A DNA stretch of 60,211 nucleotides from an uncultured bacterium (GCA_964448115.1 CAYUVA010000027.1:1-60211), one strand, 5' to 3'. Positions 38,524 to 48,554 are shown, counted from the stretch's first letter. Translations and numbers: made by a program. The notes: generated by a model from the sequence alone, not told the origin.

Positions 38524-40031
38524 TACACGATATCTACAACCTGCCTGGCTCGGTCAGTGATGTTGCTGATTTCATCGTGGTCGGCTCCGGTGCCGGAGGC
38601 GGGGCTTGTGCCTATAAGCTTACTGATGGCGGCGCCGATGTGATATTGCTCGAAGAGGGTCCGGCGGTCAGCAAAGACCAGTTCGTGCCTAGCGTCTATG
38701 TATCCATGCAACGGATGTTCAGGGATCTTGGAGCCACTACTACCTATGGCTCAGTGATGGTTCCGATGCTGCAAGGGCGCGTTCTGGGCGGCGGAACGGT
38801 GATCAACTCTGCCATCACCTGGCGCCTGCCTAGAGATGTCTGGGAGATGTGGCGAGATGGGCATAACCTGGGGAATGCACTCCCTTGGGACGATCTGGAG
38901 CGTATCTTCACCTCCATAGAGGAGAAACTTAATCCCAAGGAAGCCAACCCGCAGGTACTGGGGAGATCAAGCGAGCTGCTCGCCGAGGGCTGCGACAAGC
39001 TGGGCTACAAGTGGCGATTAACTAGGCGTATAGAGAGCGGATGCGACGGATCATGCAGATGCCTGCAAGGCTGCCCCGGGGGGTTCAAGAACTCCAACGA
39101 TAAGACCTTCATCCCTTGGGCAATGGAAAAAGGGATGCGCGTATATGCCACCTGCAAGGTGGAACAGATCCTACACGATGGAGCAAAGGTGCTCGGAGTT
39201 AGGGCTAGATTTCGAGATCCGGTCACTGGCGAAAAGCGTTTGCTCGGCGATTTTCGTGCTAAAAAGGGAGTGATCCTGGCTGGCGGAGCGGTTCAATCGC
39301 CATATTTACTGCTCAAGAGCGGCTTGGGTAAAAGGAATCGCAACATAGGGGTCGGCTTCACCGCCCACCCGGGCAGCGGAGTTACCGGCATCTTCCCCGA
39401 TGCGGTCAATATGTACCAGGGAGTTACTCAAGGCTGGGAATGTACGCAATTTAGGGAGCAGCGCATGAAACTGGAGAATATCTCCATGCCGCTGGAACTT
39501 GCTGCGCTTCGCTTGCCGGGGCTGGGGAGGAAACTAATGGATCAGCTTGAGCTTTTTCCACACGCCCTTATCGCTGCCGTGGCGGTGCGTTCCACTTCGC
39601 GAGGGAGGGTTTACTGCATGGCGGGGAATCCAGTGGTCCGGTACACACCTAACAGGGTCGATTCAAATATTCTTATCAAAGGCATAAAGGAGCTGTCTCG
39701 CATAATGCTGGCTGCTGGCGCCGAATATGTAATACCGAGCGTCTATGGCTTCAAGGAAAGAATCATTGGCGAAGCTGACCTGGCTGCGGTTGATAGCATT
39801 CCCAGAGAGCCAAAGCGCTTCAACTGGGTAGCCACGCACATCATGAGCAGCGCCAGGATAGGGATAAACCATAGAAAAGGCGCCATTGATCAAGACTTCC
39901 AGGTCTATGGAGCGCCTGGGGTCTATGTGGCTGATGCCTCCTGCCTCCCAACCAACATAGGAGTCAACCCGCAGCATACTATCATGGCAATGGCTTGGCT
40001 TTGTGCCGAGAAGTTACTTAAAAAAGCATAA
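38520..40031 (+). CDS. GMC family oxidoreductase
   Basis: VVGSGAGG, LLEEG, GRVLGGGTVIN, Cys cluster CDGSCRCLQGC, catalytic His (THIMSSAR) and Asn (GVNP). Confidence 0.9.
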   Translation: MIHDIYNLPGSVSDVADFIVVGSGAGGGACAYKLTDGGADVILLEEGPAVSKDQFVPSVYVSMQRMFRDLGATTTYGSVMVPMLQGRVLGGGTVINSAITWRLPRDVWEMWRDGHNLGNALPWDDLERIFTSIEEKLNPKEANPQVLGRSSELLAEGCDKLGYKWRLTRRIESGCDGSCRCLQGCPGGFKNSNDKTFIPWAMEKGMRVYATCKVEQILHDGAKVLGVRARFRDPVTGEKRLLGDFRAKKGVILAGGAVQSPYLLLKSGLGKRNRNIGVGFTAHPGSGVTGIFPDAVNMYQGVTQGWECTQFREQRMKLENISMPLELAALRLPGLGRKLMDQLELFPHALIAAVAVRSTSRGRVYCMAGNPVVRYTPNRVDSNILIKGIKELSRIMLAAGAEYVIPSVYGFKERIIGEADLAAVDSIPREPKRFNWVATHIMSSARIGINHRKGAIDQDFQVYGAPGVYVADASCLPTNIGVNPQHTIMAMAWLCAEKLLKKA

Positions 40032-40122
40032 AATTTTTCAGTGGCATAATTAAGGCTTTAATAACCACAAAGACGCTAAAGGGCAAAGAACAGATAAAAA
40101 AAAATGCAAAGGAGAGGATGAA

Positions 40123-41049
40123 ATGAGCACTGATGAGATAACAACCGGCATGGATTTCATCACCATCGGCGATCTTTCGAGAAACCAGCTACTCCAGGTA
40201 CTCCAGGTAGCACGAACCCTGAAGGAGGAAAGAAAGGGAGTTCGTATCAATCCCATCCTTAAGGACAAGATCCTGGCTATGATCTTCGAGAAACCATCAC
40301 TGCGCACCCGAGTGAGCTTCGAGGTCGGCATTAAGGAACTCGGTGGCAGCAGCATAGTGCTTACTCCCAGCGATATAGGCATGGGGCTTCGCGAGACGGT
40401 GGAGGATATCTCCAAGGTGCTGTCTCGCTATGTACATGGCATTATGGCGCGCACCTTTTCGCACAGCTCGATTGTTGAACTGGCAAAGCACGCCGAGGTG
40501 CCGGTGATAAACGGACTATCCGATTTTTGCCATCCCTGCCAGGTTATCGGCGACCTGCTGACCATTAGGGAGCATCTGGGGAGCCTGGAAAACATAAGTG
40601 TAGCCTTCATCGGTGATGGGAATAATGTTGCTGTTTCCTGGATATTTGCCTCCGCGCTTTTGGGGATCGATTTTCGGATCGCCTGCCCCGAGGGTTATGA
40701 GCCATCTGGAAAGGCTCTTGATTTTGCTGAAAAGCACAACCAGCCGGTGAAGATATTGCGGGATCCGATAGAGGCTGCCAGGGAAGCTAATGTTCTTTAT
40801 ACAGATGTCTGGGCATCAATGGGGCAGGAGGATGAGAAACAGGCTCGAATGGAGGATTTCACTGGCTTCCAGGTAAACGAGCGGACTATCGAGGTCGCTG
40901 ATCGGGATGTGATCGTGATGCACTGCCTGCCCGCGCACTACGGCGAGGAGATAACCTACCAGGCTGCACACGGAGAGCATTCGGTGATCTTCGACCAGGC
41001 AGAGAACCGCCTCCATGCCCAAAAGGCGATAATGGCGCTCATAATGTAA
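40123..41049 (+). CDS. argF: Ornithine carbamoyltransferase
   Basis: FEKPSLRTRVSFE, HPCQ, GDGNNV, TDVWASMG, MHCLPA, QAENR. Confidence 0.93.
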   Translation: MSTDEITTGMDFITIGDLSRNQLLQVLQVARTLKEERKGVRINPILKDKILAMIFEKPSLRTRVSFEVGIKELGGSSIVLTPSDIGMGLRETVEDISKVLSRYVHGIMARTFSHSSIVELAKHAEVPVINGLSDFCHPCQVIGDLLTIREHLGSLENISVAFIGDGNNVAVSWIFASALLGIDFRIACPEGYEPSGKALDFAEKHNQPVKILRDPIEAAREANVLYTDVWASMGQEDEKQARMEDFTGFQVNERTIEVADRDVIVMHCLPAHYGEEITYQAAHGEHSVIFDQAENRLHAQKAIMALIM

Positions 41050-41075
41050 AACATAAAACCAAGGGAGTCGAACTC

Positions 41076-42332
41076 ATGTCCAATATTGAAAAGTTAGAGC
41101 TTTATCATGTGAGTATCCCCATGAAAAAGCCATTTTATCCAGCCTGGATACCGGGATATCCCCAGACCGAGATACGATTGACCCTGCTTCGATTATACAC
41201 CGATGATGGCATAATCGGCATCAGCGCCGGCAACGCTTTCGAGAACGAACGAGCCGGCTTCGGCAGCCTGCTCGGTCCATATCTCATCGGAATGGATCCA
41301 ACCGATATGGACCGAATCAACCAGTTGCTCCGCGAGTCATCCTACCTCGGTTGGCGCAATCCTTGGGTGGAGGCAGCCTGCTGGGATATCAAGGGAAAGA
41401 TGGAAGGGAAGCCGGTCTATCAACTGCTCAATCCTGGGCTTAGCGAGCCGGTGGTCAAAGCCAAGGTCTATTGCTCATCAGGCTCTTTACTTTCAGTAGA
41501 TGAGAGGCTCAAGTACATGGATCACATCCGAGCCATGGGCTTCGGTGCCGTGAAGCTCAGGGTGCATGATTTTGAGATGAAAAAGGACCTGGAGATAATC
41601 GAGATGGTACGTCGGCATGTGGGGGATGACTTTATTATCGGTGTTGATGCCAACCAGGGCTGGCCGGTCTCGCTCATCGAGGACACCCCGATTTGGGATC
41701 TGAAGCGAGCGGTCGAGTTCGCCAAGGCTTGCGAACAGTATGAGGTATCCTGGCTGGAGGAGCCGCTGGACATGCACGACTATGATGGGCTGGCGAAGCT
41801 GAGGGAACAGACCAAGACCAGGATAGCTGGCTGCGAGCTTAACGCTGGCTGGCACGAGGTCAAGATCATGCTCGAAAAAGGCTCGCTCGAGCTTTATCAG
41901 CCGGATGCGACCTTCTGCGGTGGATTGAGCACATCGAAAAGGATATACCAGGCTTGCCTGGAAAAGGGGCTAGATTTCAGTCCGCACACTTGGACCAACG
42001 GCTTTGGCTTCATGATAAACCTTCATGCCTTTGCCGCCTATCCCAAGCGCGACCTGCTGGAGTTCCCTTATGAACCACCGGGGATGATTCCCGAATACTG
42101 GTGTGGTATCTTCAATGAGCCGATAGAGGTCAACCAGGACGGAAGCATAGATATCCCCCAACTGCCCGGACTGGGCATTATCATTGATGACAAGAAGCTC
42201 AAGAAATACGGCAGGTGCTTCTATCGTATGACAAAGTTCAAGCTCGCCTTGAATACCATTAGGAAGAAGGGGATAAAAACCGCCCTGGAGCTTAAAAAGA
42301 AGCGAGAAAAGCGGAGCGAAAAAGTTAGCTAA
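41076..42332 (+). CDS. Mandelate racemase/muconate lactonizing enzyme family (enolase superfamily)
   Basis: WDIKGK, VKLRVH, VDANQ, WLEEP, GCE, QPDA, PHTW, LEFP. Confidence 0.88.
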   Translation: MSNIEKLELYHVSIPMKKPFYPAWIPGYPQTEIRLTLLRLYTDDGIIGISAGNAFENERAGFGSLLGPYLIGMDPTDMDRINQLLRESSYLGWRNPWVEAACWDIKGKMEGKPVYQLLNPGLSEPVVKAKVYCSSGSLLSVDERLKYMDHIRAMGFGAVKLRVHDFEMKKDLEIIEMVRRHVGDDFIIGVDANQGWPVSLIEDTPIWDLKRAVEFAKACEQYEVSWLEEPLDMHDYDGLAKLREQTKTRIAGCELNAGWHEVKIMLEKGSLELYQPDATFCGGLSTSKRIYQACLEKGLDFSPHTWTNGFGFMINLHAFAAYPKRDLLEFPYEPPGMIPEYWCGIFNEPIEVNQDGSIDIPQLPGLGIIIDDKKLKKYGRCFYRMTKFKLALNTIRKKGIKTALELKKKREKRSEKVS

Positions 42333-42405
42333 ATTTGAAATTCTTAGACATTTCGTTTATATTTCAAGTAGATAGAGTTGCCATACGCAAGGGAGTTTAA
42401 TAACC

Positions 42406-42624
42406 ATGCAGGAATACACAGCTATCATTGTCAAGGATGGTGAATGGTATTGCGGTTCAATCATCGAAGTACCAGGAGCTATAAGCCAAGCTAAAACTAT
42501 TGAGGAACTTAGGGAAAACCTCAAGGAAGCTCTACAACTGATACTACAGACAATGCGAGAGCGAGCACTTCGCGATACCGATGGGATGGATAGAACATTG
42601 GAGAAAGTGAGCCTTCAATCTTGA
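42406..42624 (+). CDS. hicB: HicB-family antitoxin (short, no DNA-binding domain)
   Basis: YTAIIVKDGEWYCG...VPGAISQAKTIEELRENLKEAL. Confidence 0.85.
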   Translation: MQEYTAIIVKDGEWYCGSIIEVPGAISQAKTIEELRENLKEALQLILQTMRERALRDTDGMDRTLEKVSLQS

Positions 42625-42820
42625 AACGCCGAGAACTTCTACGGCATCTTAAAAATATGAATGCAAATTATTACGGGAAGGGGCTAACCACTCAGTTTTT
42701 ATTGGTCCCAGCACAAAATCAACCCAAGCTACAGTACCACGGCACAAAGAGATTGCCTGGTGGACTGTAGTGGAAATATGCAAGGAGCTGGGCATCCCCA
42801 AACCGGAACGCGGGAAGTGA
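42621..42820 (+). pseudogene. hicA: HicA-family toxin, frameshifted
   Basis: TTG start overlapping the hicB stop gives MKRRELLRHLK. Adding one A to the A5 run (42651-42655) continues KYECKLLREGANHSVF...TVPRHKEI...EICKELGIP to TGA at 42820. Confidence 0.85.
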
Positions 42821-42843
42821 ACTGCAAGAAAAAATGTTGATGC

Positions 42844-43107
42844 TCACTCACAAGGCTTCTTGTCGCATGGAGTCTCCCGCCCGCAGCAGGGGGATGCATG
42901 CCCGCAATCTCTGGAATTATCATTCAAAGCAGCGGATGAGGGAGCCCATCGGGTTCCTTTGATGATAAAGCCGATATCGCTGCTGAACAGCTTTCTCAGC
43001 TCTCCGCCACACTCTGGGCATATCTCCAGCGGGGGATCGGACATCTTTTGCAGGCGAGAAAATACATGCCCGCAGCGCTTGCACTCGAAATCGTAAGTTG
43101 GCATCAT
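42844..43107 (-). CDS. FmdB-family zinc-ribbon protein
   Basis: MPTYDFECKRCG...CPECGGELRKLFS; Cys-rich tail CGHASPCCGRETPCDKKPC. Confidence 0.85.
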   Translation of the reverse strand: MMPTYDFECKRCGHVFSRLQKMSDPPLEICPECGGELRKLFSSDIGFIIKGTRWAPSSAALNDNSRDCGHASPCCGRETPCDKKPCE

Positions 43108-43154
43108 TAACTCCTATAGCACCATGCTTTCGGTTTTTCGCTTATATTTACTGC

Positions 43155-43529
43155 TCAATCTCCACATCCGTGGAGTTTTCCCATCTCGCCGGGGACACAA
43201 GGATTGGCACCACTGCTTAAAGAACCTGCCAAATATTGCTTTACAAGCGATTGTGGTGTCTGCGATGGAGCGCCCATGACCACGATTATGTCGTGATTAT
43301 CGAAGATCGCCTGTGCCTTTGGACCCATGCCTCCGCATATAATCACATCAACTCCGGCTTTGCGCAGCCATGTCGGTATCAAGCCCGGCTGATGGGGCGG
43401 TGCTGTGAGCAGCTCCTGTTTGGTTATGGTTTTGTTATTCTGATCAACATCGATCAACGCGAACTGCTCGCAGTGCCCGAAGTGCTGACATAATACGCCG
43501 TTTTCAATTGGTATCGCTATTCTCATCAT
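43155..43529 (-). CDS. NifB/NifX-family (MTH1175-like) protein
   Basis: IAIP...HFGHCEQF...PPHQPG...IICGGMG. Confidence 0.88.
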   Translation of the reverse strand: MMRIAIPIENGVLCQHFGHCEQFALIDVDQNNKTITKQELLTAPPHQPGLIPTWLRKAGVDVIICGGMGPKAQAIFDNHDIIVVMGAPSQTPQSLVKQYLAGSLSSGANPCVPGEMGKLHGCGD

Positions 43530-43583
43530 ATCTCCCCAGTTTAATTATTGTTAACATTTCGGTTCTGTTTACATGAGATTGAA

Positions 43584-44498
43584 TCATCGGCTCGGTTTTG
43601 AGATTGGGCGAGGTTTATATGTTAAAATCTCCTTTCCCAGGGCTTTTATCATCTCGGAGCATTCCGATTGTGCATATTCGATCACGGTGGTGCCCGCCAC
43701 CTGCGCCCTGGTGAAGACATCATCGTAAGGAAGCTTTGCAGCCGCCTGCATTCCTTTCTCATTGAGCATTTTTTCGATCTTGCCGGTTATTTCCAGGTTG
43801 ATATCATACTTGTTTATGCAGACCAGGGATGGGATGTTGAAATGGTCGGCTAATTCGAGGACTCGATTAAGGTCGTGTAATCCTGAGAGGGTAGGCTCGG
43901 TTACGATAAGCACCAGGTTAGCACCGGTTAGGGCAGCTATGACTGGGCAAGCGGTTCCGGGTGAGCCGTCGATGATAATCGTATCCAGGCTATTTAGCTT
44001 TGCCAGTTCTCTTGCTTTTTCTCGAAGAAGGCTGACCAGCTTGCCGGAGTTCTCCTCGGCTATCCCCAGTTTGGCATGAACCAAGAACATATCGTGCCTC
44101 GTCTTTGAGATGTACCAATGTCCGCTAACTTTCGGCTCGAACTCAATCGCCCGATCCGGGCAGAAGGTTACACAAACCTTGCACCCCTCGCAGGTAAGTT
44201 CATCGATTCTATATCGAGGCATATAACTCGCCGGATCGACCTGATGAATGATAGCCCCATACCTGCAAAGGCTGTAGCAGGTGCTGCAAGAACTGCACAG
44301 ATCCTCATCGATACGAGCCTTGCAGCCACCGATAAACTCGCCTGATTCGATGATCTCAGGTGCGAGTAGGAGGTGCAGATCGGCTGCGTCAACATCGCAA
44401 TCGACCACCAGGGCATTTTTGGCCATGGCTGCGAATGCACCGACCAGGCTGGTCTTGCCAGTACCGCCTTTACCGCTGATTACTGCTATTTCTCTCAT
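43584..44498 (-). CDS. MinD-superfamily P-loop ATPase with inserted 4Fe-4S ferredoxin (COG1149)
   Basis: SGKGGTGKT, DCDVDAADL, CSSCSTC...C, CEGCKVC...CP, ENSGKLV, DGSPG, VTEPT. Confidence 0.92.
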   Translation of the reverse strand: MREIAVISGKGGTGKTSLVGAFAAMAKNALVVDCDVDAADLHLLLAPEIIESGEFIGGCKARIDEDLCSSCSTCYSLCRYGAIIHQVDPASYMPRYRIDELTCEGCKVCVTFCPDRAIEFEPKVSGHWYISKTRHDMFLVHAKLGIAEENSGKLVSLLREKARELAKLNSLDTIIIDGSPGTACPVIAALTGANLVLIVTEPTLSGLHDLNRVLELADHFNIPSLVCINKYDINLEITGKIEKMLNEKGMQAAAKLPYDDVFTRAQVAGTTVIEYAQSECSEMIKALGKEILTYKPRPISKPSR

Positions 44499-45364
44499 TT
44501 GCTGTATGCCTCTTGTTCTATCTTGCTGAATAGTCTCAGGTACTCATTTCTCATCTCAGGGAACAAATCGATAAGCAATTTTCCTTGTGAATAAGCCTCG
44601 GCGATATCCCGTCGATTGGGGAACTGGGCGAGTATCTTGATATTGTTTCGATCACAGTAATCTTGGATCAATCCGTTTGCGATATCGAACCGGTTCACTA
44701 CCACTGCGAATCGTTTTCCAAGTGCAATGAGCATCTGTACGGCGATCTTGAGATCATGCAATCCAAATGGGGTAGGCTCGGTAACCAGGATGACAAAGTC
44801 AGCATCTTTTACGGACTCGACCACTGGACAAGATGATCCTGGCGGAGAGTCTAGGATAATGACTCCTTCATGCGGCGCTTTATTCTTTACCGCTCTTATC
44901 AACGGTGGGGACAGGTGTTGCCCTATATCGAGTATTCCGTGTGCGAAGAAGATCCCTTTGCCGATGCCTTCCTGCACTACTCCGAGCCTTTTTTGATATT
45001 CGCTTATAGCCCTTTCTTTGCAGATCAGTGAGCATCCCCCGCAGCCATGACAAAGTTCGGGAAAGACCAAGATTGTCTTGGGCAGGGTCAGGATGGCGTT
45101 GAACTGGCATATTTGCTGGCATTCACCGCATAAGGTACATCGCCCCATATCAATCTTGGGGGTCGGTATCCCTACATTCTCGGTCTTTTTAAACTTTGGC
45201 TTGAGGAATAAATGACCGTTAGGCTCCTCGACATCGCAATCAAGGTAGGCGGCTTGGATGCCGATATCAGGCAGGGCAGCGGCAAGGTTGGTGGCAAGGG
45301 TGGTCTTGCCGGTCCCTCCCTTGCCGCTGGCAACTGCTATGGAGAGAGCTTCAAGGGGCATCAT
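44495..45364 (-). CDS. MinD-superfamily P-loop ATPase with inserted 4Fe-4S ferredoxin (COG1149), second paralog
   Basis: ASGKGGTGKT, DCDVEEPN, CTLCGEC...C, CHGCGGC...C, DSPPG, VTEPTPFGLHDL. Confidence 0.92.
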   Translation of the reverse strand: MMPLEALSIAVASGKGGTGKTTLATNLAAALPDIGIQAAYLDCDVEEPNGHLFLKPKFKKTENVGIPTPKIDMGRCTLCGECQQICQFNAILTLPKTILVFPELCHGCGGCSLICKERAISEYQKRLGVVQEGIGKGIFFAHGILDIGQHLSPPLIRAVKNKAPHEGVIILDSPPGSSCPVVESVKDADFVILVTEPTPFGLHDLKIAVQMLIALGKRFAVVVNRFDIANGLIQDYCDRNNIKILAQFPNRRDIAEAYSQGKLLIDLFPEMRNEYLRLFSKIEQEAYSK

Positions 45365-45397
45365 CTTACCTTTAGCAGGAGAGAAATGGGAAGCTTG

Positions 45398-45616
45398 CTA
45401 TGGTTTTCTGACTAGTTGGATGCCGCAGTTAGGACAACGCATCTGGTTACACGGGGTCCCTGCCTTGTGGGGTACCTCGGTCTTGCAGGAAGGGCAGTAA
45501 CAAACCCCGCCGGGTCCGAGTCCCCTACCGCCTCCTTTGCCTCGTCCGCCGCCTTGTCCACTGCCGGAACCTTTGCCTTGGCCCCCGGATCCAGCCCCGA
45601 AGTCTCGTAATGTCAT
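45398..45616 (-). CDS. Small Gly-rich Cys-rich protein
   Basis: GPGGVCYCPSC...PH...PCNQMRCPNCG; AGGAGG RBS upstream; typical of Orange-protein-type clusters. Confidence 0.75.
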   Translation of the reverse strand: MTLRDFGAGSGGQGKGSGSGQGGGRGKGGGRGLGPGGVCYCPSCKTEVPHKAGTPCNQMRCPNCGIQLVRKP

Positions 45617-45679
45617 TTTTGCCTCCTTTGGCTTGTTTTTAAGCGATATGGACGATCCTTACATCATTTACCAGCGTGG

Positions 45680-46057
45680 TTATTTCTCATCCTCAGCGTC
45701 CGATTCCAGCTCATTTATTCGCTTGGATATCTCGTCCAGGGTGGTTTTCAGATCCTTGGATTGATTGCGAAGCAGCTCCAGCTCATCTTTTGCTGAGTAG
45801 CCTGTCGGGTAGGGGGCACTGGGATAATATGGGTAGGGCTGATATCCCTGCGCTCTTGCCCAACCGGGTAAGCCTGTCGCATAGTACTGGTATCTGAAGC
45901 CATAGCCTCTGCCAAAGCCTCTGCCAAATCCTCCGCCAAAGACTCTACCAAATCCTGGGTTCATGTAGCCGGGAACCGGGTATCCGGCACAGAATCCCAT
46001 GCCTCTGCCGGTTAGTGGTCCTGCCCCGAAGGGTCCTGTTCTATCACCTCTAGGCAT
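45680..46057 (-). CDS. DUF5320-family protein
   Basis: MPRGDRTGPFGAGPLTGRGMGFCAG, GRG repeats, YYATGLPGW, C-terminal coiled coil. Confidence 0.88.
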   Translation of the reverse strand: MPRGDRTGPFGAGPLTGRGMGFCAGYPVPGYMNPGFGRVFGGGFGRGFGRGYGFRYQYYATGLPGWARAQGYQPYPYYPSAPYPTGYSAKDELELLRNQSKDLKTTLDEISKRINELESDAEDEK

Positions 46058-46130
46058 CGTAATACCTCCTTAAACAGTTGGTTTGTTCATTCTTCTTTCT
46101 TTCCTTAAAGTCATAAGCCTCAAGTCTTCT

Positions 46131-46493
46131 TTATCCCCAGTGTCCTTGTACATTGGGGCTTTGTGCTTCTTTAAGCTTTCCGTTCTTGAATGCCTTGATG
46201 GCATCGCTGACTGAGCCTGAGGCGCCGATGAATATCTTTATTCCCGCCTGGCTCAGGGCAGTGAAAGCCTTAGGTCCGATATTTCCGCTTATGATTGCAT
46301 CGGGCTTTAATCCTATGGCACAGGAGGCAGCCTGGATGCCTGCACCCTGCATGGCGACTCGTGCATCGCTATTATCGTGTGCGCTGATCAAGCCATCCTC
46401 GGTATCGATCAGCAAGAACCATTGTGCCCTGCCGAATCGCGGGTCAATATTGCTTTCAAGCTCTTTTCCTTCTGCTGTAACTAGTAGTTTCAT
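46131..46493 (-). CDS. NifB/NifX-family protein (Orange protein-like)
   Basis: IDPRFGRA, GAGIQAA, ISGNIGPKAF, terminal NVQGHW. Confidence 0.88.
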   Translation of the reverse strand: MKLLVTAEGKELESNIDPRFGRAQWFLLIDTEDGLISAHDNSDARVAMQGAGIQAASCAIGLKPDAIISGNIGPKAFTALSQAGIKIFIGASGSVSDAIKAFKNGKLKEAQSPNVQGHWG

Positions 46494-46513
46494 TTCCCTA
46501 TCTGTTCCCTCCT

Positions 46514-46885
46514 TCAGGATTTTTTCGAAGCTCTATAGCCGCGCCGGCACCGACATCCGGGCATCATGAATCTCGGATGGGAGAGCAATCCCTGCTCATA
46601 GGCAGCCAAAACCTCGTTTACATCTCCGGTTATCCAAGGAATCACCTGGATCCGGTTTCTCAACAGGTGATCAAGCATAACCCTCGAGATGGCGCCGCAG
46701 ATCAGAAGCTTTACATCGTGCTCGGTTAGTATCTCTATGCGCCTGAAGAAGCCGCATTCACCGAATGGAATTACCATGCTTTTCAGCTCTGCATCACTGC
46801 TACTGTCAAAGATCATCAGGCTGCGCGCGGTATCGAACACCGGCGAGATTCTCTGTTCCCAGACTGGCATAGCTATCTTTGTCAT
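46514..46885 (-). CDS. NifB/NifX-family protein
   Basis: IAMPVWEQRISPVFDTA, LICGAIS, terminal FMMPGC plus basic tail. Confidence 0.85.
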   Translation of the reverse strand: MTKIAMPVWEQRISPVFDTARSLMIFDSSSDAELKSMVIPFGECGFFRRIEILTEHDVKLLICGAISRVMLDHLLRNRIQVIPWITGDVNEVLAAYEQGLLSHPRFMMPGCRCRRGYRASKKS

Positions 46886-46906
46886 CGTTCTTCATGTCGA
46901 TATCGG

Positions 46907-46922
46907 TGCATTTACCGTGCCA
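46907..46922 (-). promoter_or_regulatory. Sigma54 -24/-12 promoter of the Orange-protein-like operon
   Basis: Minus strand TGGCACGGTAAATGCA versus consensus TGGCACGNNNNTTGCW; 21 bp upstream of the first gene; divergent from a bEBP gene. Confidence 0.85.
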
Positions 46923-46949
46923 GGCGGAATATCGATGTTGAAAACTCTG

Positions 46950-46962
46950 TAACTCATTGATT
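46950..46962 (-). promoter_or_regulatory. IHF binding site
   Basis: Minus strand AATCAATGAGTTA matches WATCAANNNNTTR, between the sigma54 promoter and the putative UAS. Confidence 0.7.
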
Positions 46963-47009
46963 TTATTGATGCTAATTTGATCAGCCCATCAGATGAGCAT
47001 AAGAAAATG

Positions 47010-47057
47010 GTTGCATTATGCTACGAATGCTTGACATGGATAGCTGCGTTTTGCTAC
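47010..47057. promoter_or_regulatory. Two putative activator binding sites (UAS)
   Basis: GTTGCATTATGCTAC (47010-47024) and GCTGCGTTTTGCTAC (47043-47057), similar imperfect palindromes with starts 33 bp apart. Confidence 0.6.
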
Positions 47058-47192
47058 ATATCAGGGATGTAATAAACCACCATGCAAAATGACTAGAGAT
47101 AAAGATAATGAAAAGTGGGAGCGTTCTTCAGGTCGTGGTATGGTCTCCAGAAGGATGCTTGTTGCTGTAACTTGTAATAAACTAAAGAGACG

Positions 47193-48554
47193 ATGAATGA
47201 CAAAACGGGAAAGGTACAAGGACCTCTCGATGTCATCCTCGATTCGATCGCGGATGGAGTATTTACAGTCGATTTGAACTGGAGGATAACCAGCTTCAAC
47301 CGCGCTGCGGAAAGGATAACCGGCATCTTGAGGAGTGAAGCCATGAACAAACACTGCTGGGATGTATTCAGGGCAAATATATGCGAGGGGAACTGCGCCC
47401 TGAAGCACACTCTTGCCACCAAAAAGCCGATCATCAATACGGCGGTCTGGATACTCAACACCAATGGCGAGCGAATCCCGATCAGCATATCCACTGCAAT
47501 ACTGAAGGATAAAAGCGGAAACATCATCGGCGGAGTGGAGACCTTCAGGGATCTGAGCGTGGTCGAGGAGCTTCGCAAGCAACTGCACGGCAGGTACGAG
47601 TTCGGCGACATCATCAGCCGTAACCGAAAGATGCAGGAACTGTTCGAGATCCTTCCCGACATCGCAAACAGCTCAAGCTCGGTGCTTATCGAGGGTGAAA
47701 GCGGCACTGGCAAGGAGCTTCTTGCCAGGGCTATCCACAATATGAGCGCTCGTGCTGACAAGCCTTTCGTAGCCGTGAACTGCGCTGCCATACCGGATAC
47801 CCTGCTCGAATCTGAGCTTTTCGGATACAAGGCAGGCGCTTTTACCGATGCCAAAGTAGATAAACCGGGCAGGTTCACACGCGCCCAGGGGGGAACCATT
47901 TTTTTGGATGAGATCGGTGATATCTCCTCTGCACTGCAATCCAAGCTGCTCAGGGTGATCCAGGAGAGGAATTTCGAGCCGCTGGGTTCGACCGAGTCTG
48001 TCAGTGTAGATGTAAGAATCATCACCGCCACCAACAAGAACCTCGATGAAATGGTTAAAAGCGGCCAATTCAGACAGGATCTCTACTATCGCATCAATGT
48101 AGTAAGGCTCAAGCTGCCGCCGCTCAGGGAGCGCAAGGAGGATATCCCTCTGCTGGTAGAACGATTCATCTCGCAGTTTGCCAGCATACAGGGCAAGGAC
48201 ATCAGCGGGATTTCCGAGAGTGCGATGGCTCTTTTAATGGCATACAACTACCCGGGTAACATACGCGAGCTGCAGAACATTATCGAGCACGGTTTCGTGC
48301 TCTGCAAGGGGGGATTGATCGAACCGGTCCACCTGCCAGAGCATATCCAGCCGAAGAACAAAGCGGTTCAGGCTGCCGCATCAGAGGCAAGGACTCTCGG
48401 AGAAATCGAGAAGATCTTGATTATGGAAGCGCTTAAGCGAAACAACTACAACCGAACCGCCACGGCAAGAGAACTGGGCATACACAAAACCACGCTGCTG
48501 CGCAAGCTGAAGCGATTTAACATCACGCTGCCCGAAAAGGCGCAAAGGAATTAG
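47193..48554 (+). CDS. PAS-domain sigma54-dependent transcriptional activator (OrpR-like)
   Basis: PAS with Cys (HCWDV...ICEGNC), [36 protein letters not shown]-terminal Fis-type HTH. Confidence 0.92.
   Translation: MNDKTGKVQGPLDVILDSIADGVFTVDLNWRITSFNRAAERITGILRSEAMNKHCWDVFRANICEGNCALKHTLATKKPIINTAVWILNTNGERIPISISTAILKDKSGNIIGGVETFRDLSVVEELRKQLHGRYEFGDIISRNRKMQELFEILPDIANSSSSVLIEGESGTGKELLARAIHNMSARADKPFVAVNCAAIPDTLLESELFGYKAGAFTDAKVDKPGRFTRAQGGTIFLDEIGDISSALQSKLLRVIQERNFEPLGSTESVSVDVRIITATNKNLDEMVKSGQFRQDLYYRINVVRLKLPPLRERKEDIPLLVERFISQFASIQGKDISGISESAMALLMAYNYPGNIRELQNIIEHGFVLCKGGLIEPVHLPEHIQPKNKAVQAAASEARTLGEIEKILIMEALKRNNYNRTATARELGIHKTTLLRKLKRFNITLPEKAQRN

Noticed and set aside
42729-42923. 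64-aa minus-strand ORF
   Set aside because: Overlaps the FmdB-like gene out of frame and is antisense to the hicA remnant.
43155-46885. Nitrogen fixation cluster (NifB/NifX-like genes)
   Set aside because: No nifHDK/ENB; the composition fits the Orange-protein-type cluster.
47093-48037. 314-aa minus-strand ORF (also 47061..47588)
   Set aside because: Typical antisense shadow of a sigma54 activator gene.
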